In this document: in pieces, positions 33,710 to 47,001 of the stretch
How positions within the stretch are numbered: position 1 is the stretch's first letter
Layout: each line of letters begins with the position of its first letter
NCBI GenBank assembly: GCA_965112735.1
Contig: OZ218954.1
Location: 1,736,001 to 1,800,000 of the forward strand
Direction of reading: 5' to 3'
DNA length: 64,000 nt
DNA from: Phaeosaccion multiseriatum
Lineage: Eukaryota > Protista > Ochrophyta, other classes
Notes under the pieces: model-generated
The model's input: only the letters and a program-made list of their open reading frames with translations
What the model was told of the DNA's origin: nothing
Databases searched by the model: none
Translations under genes and position numbers: made by a program

Positions 33710-35204
33710 AGCGTCACCTCCGAATGAAACGGCATGAAACGGCTGCGGTGGGCGTGTGTGTGTGTTTTCCTTCCATCTCTCATTTAGAGACACAAGAGAA
33801 GGGAGGAGACGCGGTGGGAGGGGGGGGGGGAAAGGGGAGGCGCGGTGGAGAGAGGAGATTGATGTGAAAGGTGTGCGTCATTGATGGGCCTCCAAGCCCG
33901 ACCTGGCTAGCAGGACGAAAGGTGCCCCAACTATACGGGGCGAAGGGAGGCAACATCAGCAACAAGGAAGGGGTGGCGCGGGAGGAGACAGACAGCTAGC
34001 TGCCTGGGGCGCATCAGAGATTATCATGTTCATACGTTCAGTTTTGACCGGATGGGAAAAGGCTGTAGGAGGGGCGTGTGGTGGTGGTGGTGGGTAGGGG
34101 GGGGGGGCGGCGAGGGGCGAGAGGCGAGGGGAAAGTGGGGGATGGAGGAGTACTACTTAGATCACCGAACGGAGGAATAATTAATGATAAATGTCATATC
34201 AATCTTAAGTCTTTGATGAGATTGGAGCATGTGAAGGTCTTTTTGCTCTGTGAACGAAGCCATGGCTGCAGTTGAGAGGCACCACAGTCCTATAAAGCAG
34301 ATTCGTCTTTCAGCTCAAGAATGAAGAAGCCTTCGAAGGTAAAAATCCCCCGAAGGCTCGCGAATCAATCGTGTATGGGATCGATGCGATTGAGGTCACC
34401 TCAACTCATGTGGAGGAAGCGCCTTCCAGCACAAAGCCTCCGAGCCCCTCCAGGCGGGCGGATGATGAAAGCAACGCTCGAGCTGCTGCAGCCGTTCTAC
34501 CAAGAGAACATGTGACGCCCTTCAAGTGCGGAGTGACCGAGAGGGTGGGTGTTGATGTCAACAGAACACACAGCAGCGCCATCAGAAGACATTGTAGTCG
34601 ATTCCCCCTTGTTTACACACGTAGCACAAGCATTCACAAGGTCTCCTCTCGCTGCCGCGCCTGCTGCTGCTGCTGCTACTGCTGCTGCTGCTGCTGCTGC
34701 TACTCCTATCGGGTCGTGAGATGGGCGCGATCCTGTCCTCTCCCTCTCCCTTCTGGGGGGGGGGTTACGGCACCACTCTTCCCACTCTAGTGATGATGGC
34801 AGTCTACGAGATGCCAGACTCTCGGCAGCGAACCCTACGGTCCGCGAAACATGGTAGCAGGGCCCCTGTTACACCTGCGTGGTCCCCTGCTCGTCCAAGT
34901 AGCAGGATCAGCGGTGCCCTGCCAGGTTGTAAATACCTGGCAGTAGCCAAATCGGGCTCGTGTGGTTGCTTCTCGTCCAAGGCCTCACAGCTCCGCAGGC
35001 TGTGGCCGAACAAGCTGCGTCTCTCGGCGGGTGTAACGCCCGTCTCTGTTTAACCCCCCCCCTCCAAGTGCCGGGGATGCCTCTGTGGATCCAGCAGTCC
35101 TACCGCCCCACAACCCGCGCCTATGCGGCAAGGAGGCGAGGCGAGCCCTTCCCTCTTTGACTGCCGAGCGCGAGGCAGTGTCAGAAAGTGGGCAGGTTGC
35201 GCAC

Positions 35205-36119
35205 CTGCCACTCGTTCTCGCAGTCGTCTGTGATGGGCTGGAAAACCATGATGGTAGCGGGCGACGGCGACTGCCTCTCTCGTTCTCTCTCCTCCAGCAC
35301 GCGGCACATGTCACTAACCTCTTGATCAAGACGGGCCACCTGAGCAGCAATATCTTCGTTGCGACACTTTCCCTCCCCTAAGATGATTCGCAGGTCCTTG
35401 CTTTGCCTGGAGGAGCGGGCACAATGACGGGGTGACGAACATTACCTGATGAGGAAGAGCTTGTGAGGGACATAGACACAGTGAAGACGTTGCGTTCTTC
35501 CCCCTTATTCCTTTCCATGAGCTCTGACTCTGCATTCTGTCTTTCTTCCTCCCACTCCTTCCCTCACCTGTCTAAATCCACTCTTTGGCTAATCGCATCA
35601 TCAATTTCGCTATCCAGCTTTTCCATCTCCTCCGCTGCCCTCTCCTGTCGGTCGTTGAGAGCAGTAATCTCCTTCGCAAGCTTTTGCATCTCCTCCTTTT
35701 CTCCTTCCATCAGTCGAACGACCTTTTTCACCTGAGAGTAGGGCAACAGAGCGAGCAGCAGGATGAGTGTCTCACGACTGTTCGAGTGCAGCGTCAACGT
35801 GCAGTCCCTCAAAGCAACATACCTTGTCCTCCCTCGCCTGGCAGTCTGTATGGACACAGTCCAGGGGCGACACAGACGGCACTTTTTTGCCAGCGACGCC
35901 CTTGTTCTCCACCCTCTCCTGAATCTTGAGCAAGGGCAGCAACTTCTCAAGGGCATCGCTTCCTCCTCTCTGCCCTCGCAACCCAATCGCAAACGAGATG
36001 CTCTCCAAGTCTTGAGAAAGGTGATGCACATTACTGAAGGCATAGCGGGGATTTCCACTCACAAAGGTCTGATGACTTCTTCCACTAAGTCCTCCACCCT
36101 TTCTTCCCTGGGCTCTCAT
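35205..36119 (-). CDS. Hypothetical coiled-coil protein (partial model)
   Basis: Spliced frames ...CQAREDK|VKKVVRLMEGEKEEMQKLAKEITALNDRQE... and RNEDIAAQVARLDQEVSDMCRVLEERE...EWQ|; ends not resolved. Confidence 0.45.
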
Positions 36120-36348
36120 TTATTAGCCTTTTTGGCTTTTTGGTTGCCTGAAACGATCTCCATCAGTTGGTGATACTGCTCACAGTTTTCCCGCCAAATA
36201 ACAAATACTTCGAAGTAATAAATAATGTGTCCAAGGAGTCAGGGATGCTCAAGGTGGCAGTGGTGAAGCTCTAGCAGTCTCCTGCTGCCCATTCCGTCAG
36301 TCAACTCGGAGTCGACATCCTCAGCCTCCCCCCCCCCCCATACAAACA

Positions 36349-39300
36349 TCACACACCCTCCCACACCCAGCGATGTGCATCGGACGAGTCGTGATTCTCG
36401 CCAAGCATCGGCTGCGGCGCTGTTGGTTGATCAGCCTGCAGCTCCGCTTCTGCTTCCCACAGAGCGAGGGTCGCCGCCGGGGGCCAAGGCGAGGCGCCCT
36501 CTGAAGGCCCTGACGGCGGCACCACCAAAGAGATTTTGTGCTCCATTGCGGCGGCAGCTCTGCTCATCGCCGGCGAGCCTAGGCTCGGAGTCATTCCTGG
36601 CTCGGAGGGTACGACGGCCTGGGAAGGGTGCTGGGGCGTAGATGAGTGGCCGCCGATCCCACTGCCCCACCAGGCAGCAGATCTGATATAGCTTGTTGGC
36701 TCGTCGGAGCAAGGAATGGTATGATCCGTTGCTGGCAGCTGAGGCTCCTCATCATGACAGAGCGGGAGCCCGGGCCAGCACCATGTTTGGTGGAGCAGCG
36801 GGGCGGCGTTCGGCGGCTGCTGCTCCTCTGCTTGCACGCCTTCAACTCTTGCTTGTGCTGCTCCTTCTTGGAGGTCCATCACGGCCCTGCCGTTCCCTCT
36901 GGCACACCACCAGCGGTCTTGGTGTGCCCCCCTTTGTCCTTCTCCCTCGGCGGTCGCTCCTGTTTTACTTTGCACGGAGGTTTGCCCACCGGAGTCTCCC
37001 CCTTGAACCTCGTCCCTCCAACGACCGCGATTGGTAGTAGGAGTAGCAAGTGTACCTTTTTCGCGGTCCAAGACAAGGGAAGCAGCTCCTGAGAGTGTCG
37101 CAAGTCCCACTTTGTCTTGCTCCCCCCCCAGCTGGGGCGTGGCCATGCACGACAGGCCGGAAACTTCAGGCAGAGGGGCAAGACTGCAGGTGGCGGCGGC
37201 TGGTACTGCTGTCGCTGCTGGTGTTGATAATGATGATGATGGTGCTGGTGCTGGTGATGATGATGATGATGATGGTGGTGCTGGTGCTGGTGATGATGAT
37301 GATGGTGGTGGTGCTGGTGGTGGTGGTGATGCTGGTGTTGGTGCTAGTGCTGCTTCTACTGGTGCTACTGCTGGTGCTACTGCCAGTGCCGCTGCCGCTG
37401 CCGCTGCCGCTAGTGCCGCTGCTTCCGACGCGGCCGTGGCCTGTGCGGGGGTCGGGTTTCTTCCCCTCGCCGGCTTCCAAATTCGCCCTCGTGCGTTGAC
37501 GAACCAATTGTCAAGCTGAGGAGACAAATGTCATTGGATGGCACGCGTGCGAGAGTGACGAGTCAGGCAGAGCGATGAAGCAAGCAAGGCGAAGGCAAAC
37601 AGGGCGAGAGGCAAACAGGGCGGGGCGTGAGAGGTGTAGAGCCCAGAAGCGAGGGAGTTGGTCACCCCGGTGTTCAGAGTCGCAAAGGTGAGTCGGAGGC
37701 TGCGAAGCTGTGGGACCTCGAAGATGAGAAGTAAGCAAGAAGCAGTCGGGGGGCTCTCCGTGACGCGGAGGCTGAAGGCAAGGGCTATAGGCCGTTCGGA
37801 GACATCGTGGCGCTAGCTGCGCCCCCCCCCCGGCTCCGTCCTATCCAGCCCACCACCGAGCGTGGCCGAGAGACACTTCATTCCCACCTGTTTCCTCGAA
37901 ACACCGCACTCCCGCATGAGCTGCTTCTTCTCCTCCTCGCTGGGCAGGGGGTTGTTCCAGTGCTCCAGCAGCCAGGCTCGCAGACGACGCACGCTCGCGG
38001 TGGGGAGCCGCTTGTAGCATCGTTTTGCCCCCTGTGTCGTCGCCCTTGCCTCCCCTCTCCCAGGCGGGCCTCCTCCTGAGCCTGCTTCTCGGATGCCCTC
38101 CTGCTCTCTCGGCTGGGCCTGGCAGTGATGAGCATTTCGCAGGCCGTGGGGTGGATCGCCCCGACCCCCTCCTCGCTGCGACGGTAGACGGTCTTCTTGC
38201 ACTTGGCTTGCTTTGTCTGTCCCCGTCTCCTCTCTGCCGTCTGCGGCGCCCTTCGAGGCTCGCTGCTCGAGCCCTCCCCTCAGGTGAGAGTGGCAGTCCG
38301 ACTGGCTGTGCTGCCTTGGCTGCGGGCAGCGGAGCTCGGCGGACAACGACGGAGGCAGGGGTGAAATAGAGCCCCCCCCTCCGCTCGCGACGGGCAGGAG
38401 GCGCTGCTTGCCCCCGCTGCCGCTGCTGCTGCCCGCCCCTCTTTTAGTCTCGCTAGGACGCCCATGACTGTCGCTTCCTCCCGTGCGACACTCTTTACCG
38501 TCACAGCCAGCACGATACGGTGCAATGAGATAGCACAGAGGGGTTCCAACGGTGGTAAGTAGGTGTGAGTGCCAAGTCATTGGAGTGAAGACAGTCGACG
38601 ATATAGGGAAGTGGGGAAAGACAATCCCCGGGTAGCTAGGTAGGCTTACCGACGCTTCTGAGGACGAAGGGAGTGGATGGAGGTGCGACGATGCCAGGCG
38701 ACTGCGGACCTTGCTGCTCCCTTCCTGCTTCCACCTCTGTTGGGAGACCTCCTGCTCGGGGTGGGGCTACGAGAACGCGGGGTGCTGGGACTGTGGCACC
38801 GTCTGTCAGTGAGTCAGAATCCAGTGCAGCGGTGCCAGTGGTGCCCTTTGGCCGCAGGAGAGGGTCCGACACTGTAAGTAGCAGCTTTTCACACGCGCAG
38901 ATGGTTCGCTGCAAGACCTGCGGGAGGGATCAGAGTGGCAAGAGCCGCCGTCAGACAGAAGAGACGGCGGACCACGTCAAAGTATATCCCGAAGCTAGTT
39001 GCACTGCAGACATGGCGAGCCAGTGCCACGTCTCTGTGCAGCAGGGCATCTTCGAGCAAGACAAAGGTAAGCACACCGACGCGTTCTACTCTGAGGAGCT
39101 GCTGCATCACCTGCTTGTAGGCCATTGCGACCTTGTATTGAGTCGCTGTGGTGAGGAGCACGTGGTCGCTCGCGTCCGTAGACGACAGACCCATGCATCG
39201 CTGCAAATCAACAAACGCACAGGTTCAGTATTAGCCATCCTTAGAGGACAAGACATGGGGGCTGGCTTGAGGCCCTGATAGACACTGATCACGCAGATAT

Positions 39301-40195
39301 CCTCTAATGATTAGACCAAGAGGGCCTTTGCTTCTCTTCCACGCCCCAGTCACTCTTGTCGATCAGCCGCTGCAACCACAATAGAGGAAGGTCTCTCCTC
39401 TCACCTTGGCAGCGTCCATGGCGCTCAGTCGGGCATAGTGGAAAGAGTAGAGATTATTTGCAAACGCCCTGCAGCAGCCAGGATGGCGCGCAGCGACCAC
39501 GGCACGCACCGCCGCCAGTCACAGAGCAAGAGAGAGATTCGGCATGAGAGGTCCCCTCCAGCCATTGATGGGAGTCTCTTGCCTTCAGCAAGTATCTCTA
39601 CAATACCACCAAAGAGCATACAGTACAAGCAGTCAATACCACGCACACAAAGTACCACCGCTCCCTGCTCTCGCTCGACTCGACTCGTCGAGAAACCGCC
39701 ATCGCTCCGCACGCACCTCATTTGAAGCCTTGCGGTGGCGCACAGGGCGTCCGCCTGCCTCGCGAGCGCGGGCTTTGAAGCGGAGGAGGTGCGCGTGAAG
39801 CACTCCATGACGGACTGCAGCCGCTCGGCCAGCTCCGTGTTCTGTGAGGTCTGGCGGAAGAGCTTGTCTCGCGCGAGATCAATGCGATTCTGAATGACAC
39901 TGACGTCTTCTGTGCAAGGCTCGGCGGAGGGATGAGGTCCTGTCGGAGCTCGGGCCGCTGCTGCAGCGGCTCCTAAGCGAGCGCCGCGGTGTGGCGGGGA
40001 CGCGCTCCTCGACGCGGGAGATGTGTCCGCTGCCGTCTTCTCGGTCCCGACAGTGGGCAACGCTGTCCGAGGTACCGCTTTGGCGAACATTTGCCCACTC
40101 CGAGCCCATTGGTCCCTCTCGTCTCCGGCGCAGAGACGCTCGGCGCCGTCGTCCTCACCCCCCTCCTCATGCGCCTTTCGCTTTCGGTCTCCCAT
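36349..40195 (-). CDS. TALE-class homeodomain transcription factor, ~6 exons
   Basis: KRLPTASVRRLRAWLLEHWNNPLPSEEEKKQLMRECGVSRKQ|LDNWFVNARGRIWKP (three-residue loop extension, WFxN); intron 37887-37516 in helix 3; upstream exons join in frame back to MGDRKRK at 40195. Confidence 0.88.
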
Positions 40196-41068
40196 CTTTT
40201 CCTCACATTCCTCTCCGAGACGCTTCAGGTTACTCCTCGATGGGGAAGATAAGTCCGACTTCTCCTCACCTCTAAGAGTAAGTCTACGCTTCAACCAGCC
40301 CCCCCCAACGCCCCTCGTTATAGGAGTTAGGAGACGGAGAGCGGAGAGTAGACGAGTAGCTCGGATGGAACCCCGTCAAAAAAGGGTGCAGTCTGGTGCA
40401 GTCTCGTGATGCGGAGGCCTCTCGCTAAGAGCAATCACATTGGCTGAAGCGATTCACACACTCTCCTCCCCCAGACTTACTTGTGCAAGAAGAGGCGTGC
40501 TCAAGCACAATTCGACACGGAGAGAGCGTGTCTCTTTTTTGATGGCCCTGTCAACATTCCCCAGGGGTGGACAAGCTGGGTGGTGAGGCAGTCACAAGCA
40601 GCTTCTAATCGCCTTTTCCGCCTCCCCTCCTTCCTCCACGGCTATCATTCACACTCCCGCCACCTTCTGAGACAAGCTATCGCCTTGGCGCCAATCCATG
40701 GAGTCAGCTCAAGTGCTTCATTCTGTTCCGATGTGCAGGGCGTGTGCTCGCAACAAGACATACGAGCATCTGCTCAGCAGCTAACGAGAGCGAACAGGAC
40801 TTTTGTTGGCGGTAGGAACAAATGTATTTCGTGGGCAGTGCGCCTTGTTTCCTCTTTATTCGCCATCTATACCTTCCTACTGCCGCTCACCGCACAGCCC
40901 AGGCACCCTCCCCCCTACTTGTCAGCTCCGGCTTTCCTCGGCCGTGCCATGCTCTTTCCGCAAGAGAGGACAAAGCTCACTACCACTCCTCCAGCCGGGT
41001 CCGTGGGGTCATCCACAAGCCCCCAAGCCTCAGACCTCCCCACGCCCTCCCTGCTCGCGCACCCCCAT

Positions 41069-44000
41069 TCACTCGAGCTGCGGTGTGACCTGGTCCTTGC
41101 TCAGCTCCTCGTTGCCCACCAGCGTCTTGGCCATGTACACGGCCAGCGGCACGGCGATGAGCAACCCCTGGACGCCCACCGCGTGCTCGGCGATGTACAG
41201 CACCAGCAGCACGTAGATGGGGCTCAGCTTGAGCTTGGAGCTGTAGATCTGTGGGTTCAGTAGGTACGCCTCGACCACATGCACGCCCACCACCATTCCA
41301 ATCACTTGCACCACCTTTGACAAAGGGAGGAGATAACATGCGTAAGTCAATCAAGTCTGGGGTAAAAGAGTGGAAGTAACACAATAGGGCGGCTTGTTGG
41401 ATGCTGATACTCGTAACAAAGCGATGCTTGAGTAAGAGATGAGAGATGAGCGCGTATCATGCTCAGGCCACAGGCCCCACCTACCTTGTGCATACATCCC
41501 TCGGACAAGCAGCTGAGCACCATGGGCACTGTCGAGAGGAACACTCCAACAACGGGGATGAAGCTGCACAGGAAGACGAGGAGGCCCATCACGGACACGC
41601 CCTTGACACCGATGGCCAGGAGGCCCAGGATGGTCAGGAGGGTATTGACCATGGCGATGGCGAACTGTACTTCGAAGGACTGGTCAAGACGGTTTCACGG
41701 TTTCACGGTTTCATTTAGGCGGTGTTGGCCGGGTGGAAGAGGGGAGGGGGTAAGAAGGGTGAAGGGTGAGCAAAAGGGGGGCGAGGGACGCACACACACA
41801 CACACACATACACACACAAACCCACAGAGAGAGAGAAAGGCGCGATGTGATGAAACGAGCTATACTTGCGGAAGGGCGGAAGAAGAGGATCGAGTAGAAA
41901 GACGGACATGGGCAGGCATCCGAATGAATCACGGCTTCGACATTCCTGGCTGCGCTGAATCAAACCGAACGAACAGTTGGAAGAGAAGAGAGAGAGAGCG
42001 AGAGAGAGAGAGAGACCCACCTGCCCGAGCAGGATTCCGAACTTCTTAATCTGAGGGGCGAGCACTGCAAAGGGAAAGCTGAGGTTCTTGCTGTAGCGCA
42101 GATGGTTGACTTGCTTGCGCAGGGCCGGCATGTCGAACACAAGCATGGTGCTGAATAGGAGAGACAAGATCGTCTAAAGACGGGGGAAGGGGGGCGAGGA
42201 CACAGGGAAAGAAAGGGCGGGCGCAGAGAGAGGGTCAGGGCATACAGTGCGGTGCCGACACAGACATTGATTTTTGGGCTACGGAAGACATCAGCACTTC
42301 CCTCAAATCCTTTTCACTCAACTCCCAACTCCCCCCTCTTCCCTCTTGCAACCCGCTGCTCCGCCAAAGACGCCTTACCTTGTAGATCAAGCCGGTGAGC
42401 TGCTGCAGTGAGGAGGATATCAGGGCTAACGACTGCTTCACGTATCCGGAGAGAGAGTACTGCAGGAGCTTGGCCAGTTTGAGGTTGCGCTCAGGCGACC
42501 ACGGGGCCGTGGCTGCATTCAACTTCTTCGCTATGAGCTCTCTGCCCGAGGTATGGGAGAGAAGGGGGGCGAACAAGACCAAAAAAAGACAAAAGAAGAG
42601 CAGTGGAAGGACAGGATTGGTGAGAATTTAGAACAGGCTTTGAGCTGTGGATTCGGAGCGGACGTGGCAACACCATTTCAGCCCCCGGCCCGCCTATAAC
42701 GCGTCCACGTCAGTAAACGAGCGGGCACCCTTGAAACATGTACTTACTTGCCCACAAAAAGCCACCCGCCGAGGAAACATCCCCTTCATGCACCTCACTC
42801 ACTCACTCACTCACTCACTCACTCACTCACCCACTCACTCACTCACTCACTGACTCACTCACTCACTCACTCACTCACTCACTCACTCACTCGCTCACTC
42901 ATTCACTCACTCACTCACTCACTCACTCACTCACTCACTCACTCACTCACTCACTCACTCACTCACTCACTGACTCACTGACTCACTGACTCACTGACTC
43001 ACTGACTCACCTGTAGTTGCTCTCATACCCCGCGAAGATGCGGCCCGCCTCCCCGGTGAGGGAGAGGAGGAAGGGTTCAAGCCTATTCAGGAACTCTACT
43101 CCAAAGTTCTCCCCGACCCAGTTGTTGAGCAACATGTAGGGGTTATCGCCCACGCTCATCCCCATCAAGAACTAAAGGGAGCAGGTGACAAGAGCAGCAG
43201 GACACAGCAGTTGGTGACAATGAGCAGCACGAGGAATTTGATACATACCATCCCATCATTCCTCTCTTCTCTCTGACTCGAGGTGGTGTGCGTGTGTGTA
43301 TATGCGTGTGTGTGTGTGTGTGTGCGTGCGGCGGCCCAGCTCCTGTTGCAAGCGCACTCAAAAGATCAATGACCAGCAGCAGGGCACTTGCTCACTCCCT
43401 CACCTCCGTCTCGATGCTGATCCTGGGCACGGCTAGCACAGACGCGAGGAAGATGGACATGAAGAGCATTGTGGTGTACAGAGAGGCGTACACCTTGCGC
43501 GGAAGTCTCCCAAAGGGAATGCCGGGGGAGCTGGTCCAGGAAGGTTCCGCGCGGAGAGGGGAGGAAGAGGGAAGGGGAGAGGGACGGGTGGGGGGGGGAC
43601 GGGTGGGGGGCAGGAGAGGAAGACAAAAGGGAGCGGCAGAGGTAAGACCTTCTACTCAATCTTGTACACACTCTCTCTTCCCTTCACGCCGAACACACGA
43701 GACCCATCTGCCACCCGCAGGCCGGGCAGACGCCAGGCCCCTTCTTTCTTCCCTCGTCATGCCCCCCACCAACCCTGTGCACCACTCACTTTTCCAGGAA
43801 GAAGTTGCACTTCCTCATGAGGAAGCGGACCGACGTGTTTCCCATGTAGGTGAGCACAAAGGTGCCTAGCATCACACCGTAGAAGGGGCGCACCTGGTAC
43901 ATGACGGCGAAGAAGCCTAACCACACGCCCAGCTACAAGGAGGGCAGCACGTATCCAGTACAGGGCCCGTGTTGATTCGGAAGGGGCGCGTGAGTGAACG

Positions 44001-44914
44001 TGTATGGAAAGGGGGGATTACGAACGGAAGTGCAATGAAGCCTGCCCCGTGTCTTCAGTAAGTGAGTCTGAGACGGCTTCGCGTGTTCGGCTTCGTTTCC
44101 ATGAACAGCTTGCTTGGATGCCCCATTTTTCTTTCTGTACCCACACCTCTCGGCTCAACTCACCTTTTTCATCCCATCACTCTTGACGAAGTGTACGGCT
44201 CGATCGATTGGGTCTTTGGAGACCCCTGCGTCGCCGCTGAAGGCACTGAGGGGTGAGGAGATGCATTGAAGGGGAGAGTAGGGCAAAGGTGGAAGGGCGG
44301 ATAAGCAGTAGTAGTAGCAGCAGCAGCAGCAGCAGCAGAACACCTCCAACCTCCTATTCACCACTAGCACCAGCCCTATCCACCCTCGCAAACGCGGCAT
44401 AAAGCAGCTCGTACCCCACACGGAGCGCTGTGCAAGGACACCCTCTTTTCACCTACGCTGTGTAAGGACATCCTCTTTTCACCTACCTACTGGGTAGATC
44501 TGTCCGCCTTCTTCGCAACCCGGCGCCCAGAATCCGCCGGAAGGGCTGCATTCTACTCGCAGCACTATTGCTGCCCTCCTCTCTGAGTCGGCCTACTCCT
44601 GCAAAGAGGCTGCCGTTCCCCTCAGATATTCTTGGCGGGAATGAAGAGGACTGTCTACTGGCATGGTGATGGTGGGGATGGCATGATGCGCACTGCCATC
44701 GCCGCGGGGACGATTGCTCTCGCCTCCCCTGCCTCGCTAATCCCCTCCTGCCACTACTGCTGCGCCCCCTGCTGCTGCTGCTGCTGCTGCCTCCATTCAC
44801 AGCCCCAGCCGCGGGCCGTAAGGGTGCTAAGACATAGGCCAAGCACCCAACCGTGTTTGCGCTGCTGATGCCCACGGCCAGTAGCACTAGCAGGAGAACC
44901 TCACACCCTCGCAT
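41069..44914 (-). CDS. AI-2E (UPF0118/PerM) family membrane transporter with N-terminal signal/transit presequence, multi-exon
   Basis: FEVQFAIAMVNTLLT, LLVFLCSFIPVVGVFLSTVP, HVVEAYLLNPQIYSSKLKLSP...GVQGLLIAVP; leader MRGCEVLLLVLLAVGISSA. Confidence 0.87.
42794..43010. repeat. (ACTC)n array, i.e. (GAGT)n on the gene strand, starting at an intron donor
   Basis: Direct reading; begins cag|GTGAGTCAGTGAGT on the minus strand. Confidence 0.95.
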
Positions 44915-45026
44915 CCTCGCCCTTGAGGTTGGAAGGGCAGGGAGAGAGATGGAATTGAATTCAAAGTATAGTAAGTCAAGGGGGGGGGAAGAAAGAGACG
45001 ATATCAAGAAAGAGAGAGCTATAAAA

Positions 45027-45914
45027 ATGCATCATGTCCGCGTGGTCGCTTCAGCAGCAGCAGTGCTGGCGGCTTCGGCGGTAGTAGGAGTAGGAAAGGG
45101 GAGCTGCCGCGGCGTAGCACTTGCCTTCGCTGCCTTCCCTTCGGTATGCGACCCCAGCAGAAGGCAGTCGGCGGCTGGGGGAGGCAAGAGGACAATGATG
45201 ATGATGGCGGCGCCCAGGAAGAAGTTGCCCGATCGATCTGTGGAGGTGAGGCCCAACTTGTACTATCCTTGCTGCCCAGCGCTGATGCAAATGCTCGGCC
45301 TGTCTCATGCGATTGCTCGGCCTGTCTCATGCGATTGTTGCTCGGTCATGTCCTCTTTGAGAAAGGTGTTCTGCTCCGCCTGTAAGACAAAGCTGTACAA
45401 GTACAAGAAGGGCGGGAAAGGGTCTCTGGTCAAGTGCTACGTCGAGCGCATCGTTGAGGACTACACGGGGGGAAAGCTCACCTGCCCCGGGTAAGGCTGG
45501 CCTCAGAAAGAGCATAAAGACCATGTCAGCACAAACATGGGGGGATGGAGGTATTTTGCCGTCTTTCCTCCTCCTTCTCTTTGTTGTGTTGACTCTCTGT
45601 GCGTGAAATGCCCCCCCCCTCCACCCGTACTCCCCATGCTGGCGTCTTTGCCTTCCCCACCTCCCCCCTCCAAGGTGCCAACAGGAGTTCGCACGGGCAC
45701 AAATGATCCATGGAAGACCCGCGTTCAAAATGGTAGGTGGCCGAATGCGGAGCCGCGAGCCGAGGAGGGGTAGAGATAGAGAGAACAGATGAGACGAACT
45801 TGGTGACAGAGCACTTCCTTGAACGTCTCTCACTCGTGACCATGTCACGATGCCTTCTTTGCACATTTTATCGTCTGTGAACAGATTGGAGGCAAGGTGT
45901 ACCAAAAGAAGTGA
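45027..45914 (+). CDS. Small basic Zn-ribbon protein (two CxxC), probably plastid-targeted, 4 exons, function unknown
   Basis: Spliced: ...ALAF...LPDRSVE|VFCSACKTKLYKYKKGGKGSLVKCYVERIVEDYTGGKLTCPG|CQQEFARAQMIHGRPAFKM|IGGKVYQKK*. Confidence 0.8.
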
Positions 45915-46324
45915 ACGAGAGGCCCTGCTGCCCCCACTCTCCTTGCCCTTCGACCCAACGGCCGATTTCGCCCTCGCCGCTGGCGCCGTTGTCGCACCGT
46001 CATGCCTGTCTCCATGCACCCCGAGCGGCCTGTTGTACGGCTCTTCACCATGTGTGCTGCACCACACATGTGAAGATGTGTGGCCAATGCTGAAGGTAGT
46101 CAGCCGCCCATCCCGAAACACCAACCAAGCGGGACCGCAGTGGTTAGGGCGTCAGCAGCAGCAACAGGCGACGCCCGAATCACCCCACCCGTCGCACGTT
46201 CCTTCCCGACTCTTTCGGAGGGGACGGGGGCTATCTCTACGTGCCATGCAATAAGCATAAGCGCCGCGGCAGAGCCCTAGCGGCGCACCACCCTGCTCTC
46301 GCTCGGCCCTCCTCGGCGCGTCAG

Positions 46325-46958
46325 TCAATCCTCTTCCCCGCCGTGCTGTGCCTCCCTCAAGAGCTGCACCATTCGCCGGGCCGCGCGCTGGACGACAGCC
46401 TCGGTCAGCGGCAACGCAGGGAGGGAGGGGTGCACGCTCAAGCCATCTGTCTCCCCCCCTCCTCGTCCTGCTTGCGCTGTTAGCGCTGTTCTGCTCCGGG
46501 CCTTGGCCTGGAGGAAGGCGGCGCCGTCTTGGAAGCTGCCGAGCACGGTCTGCCAGTCGGCCAGGTCTCTGGAAGGAGGAACGGCATCGGGAAGAGGGAA
46601 GGGAAAGAGAGGGACATGAAGGCATCAGGGCACCAGCACCACAGACCAAGAGGGGTCGCGTCTTGGCGGTCAAATATTCCTCCCTTCCATGCGCCGAAAA
46701 AAGCTCAGGAGCTACTACAGTTAACTTAAGAATGAAATGATGGAGAGTTAATGGAAGACCTCGTTCCCCCGAGGATTCGCCCCCGTCCGGTCCGGACCCA
46801 CCTCTCTGAGGTGAAACAGGCGTTGTCTCCCCCCAGCGCCTCCCTCCACTCGGCCAGGCACTCCAGAGTGAAGTGAAGCTGCGCATCCGCCACCTGCCGG
46901 GGGAGGAGAGAGGCCACAACGAGGACCGCCGAACCGCATTAATGGCATGGACGCACAT

Positions 46959-47001
<43 letters not shown>

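Noticed and set aside
34321-34790. Short plus-strand ORFs between hemC and the coiled-coil gene
   Set aside because: No recognisable domain or consistent splice structure.
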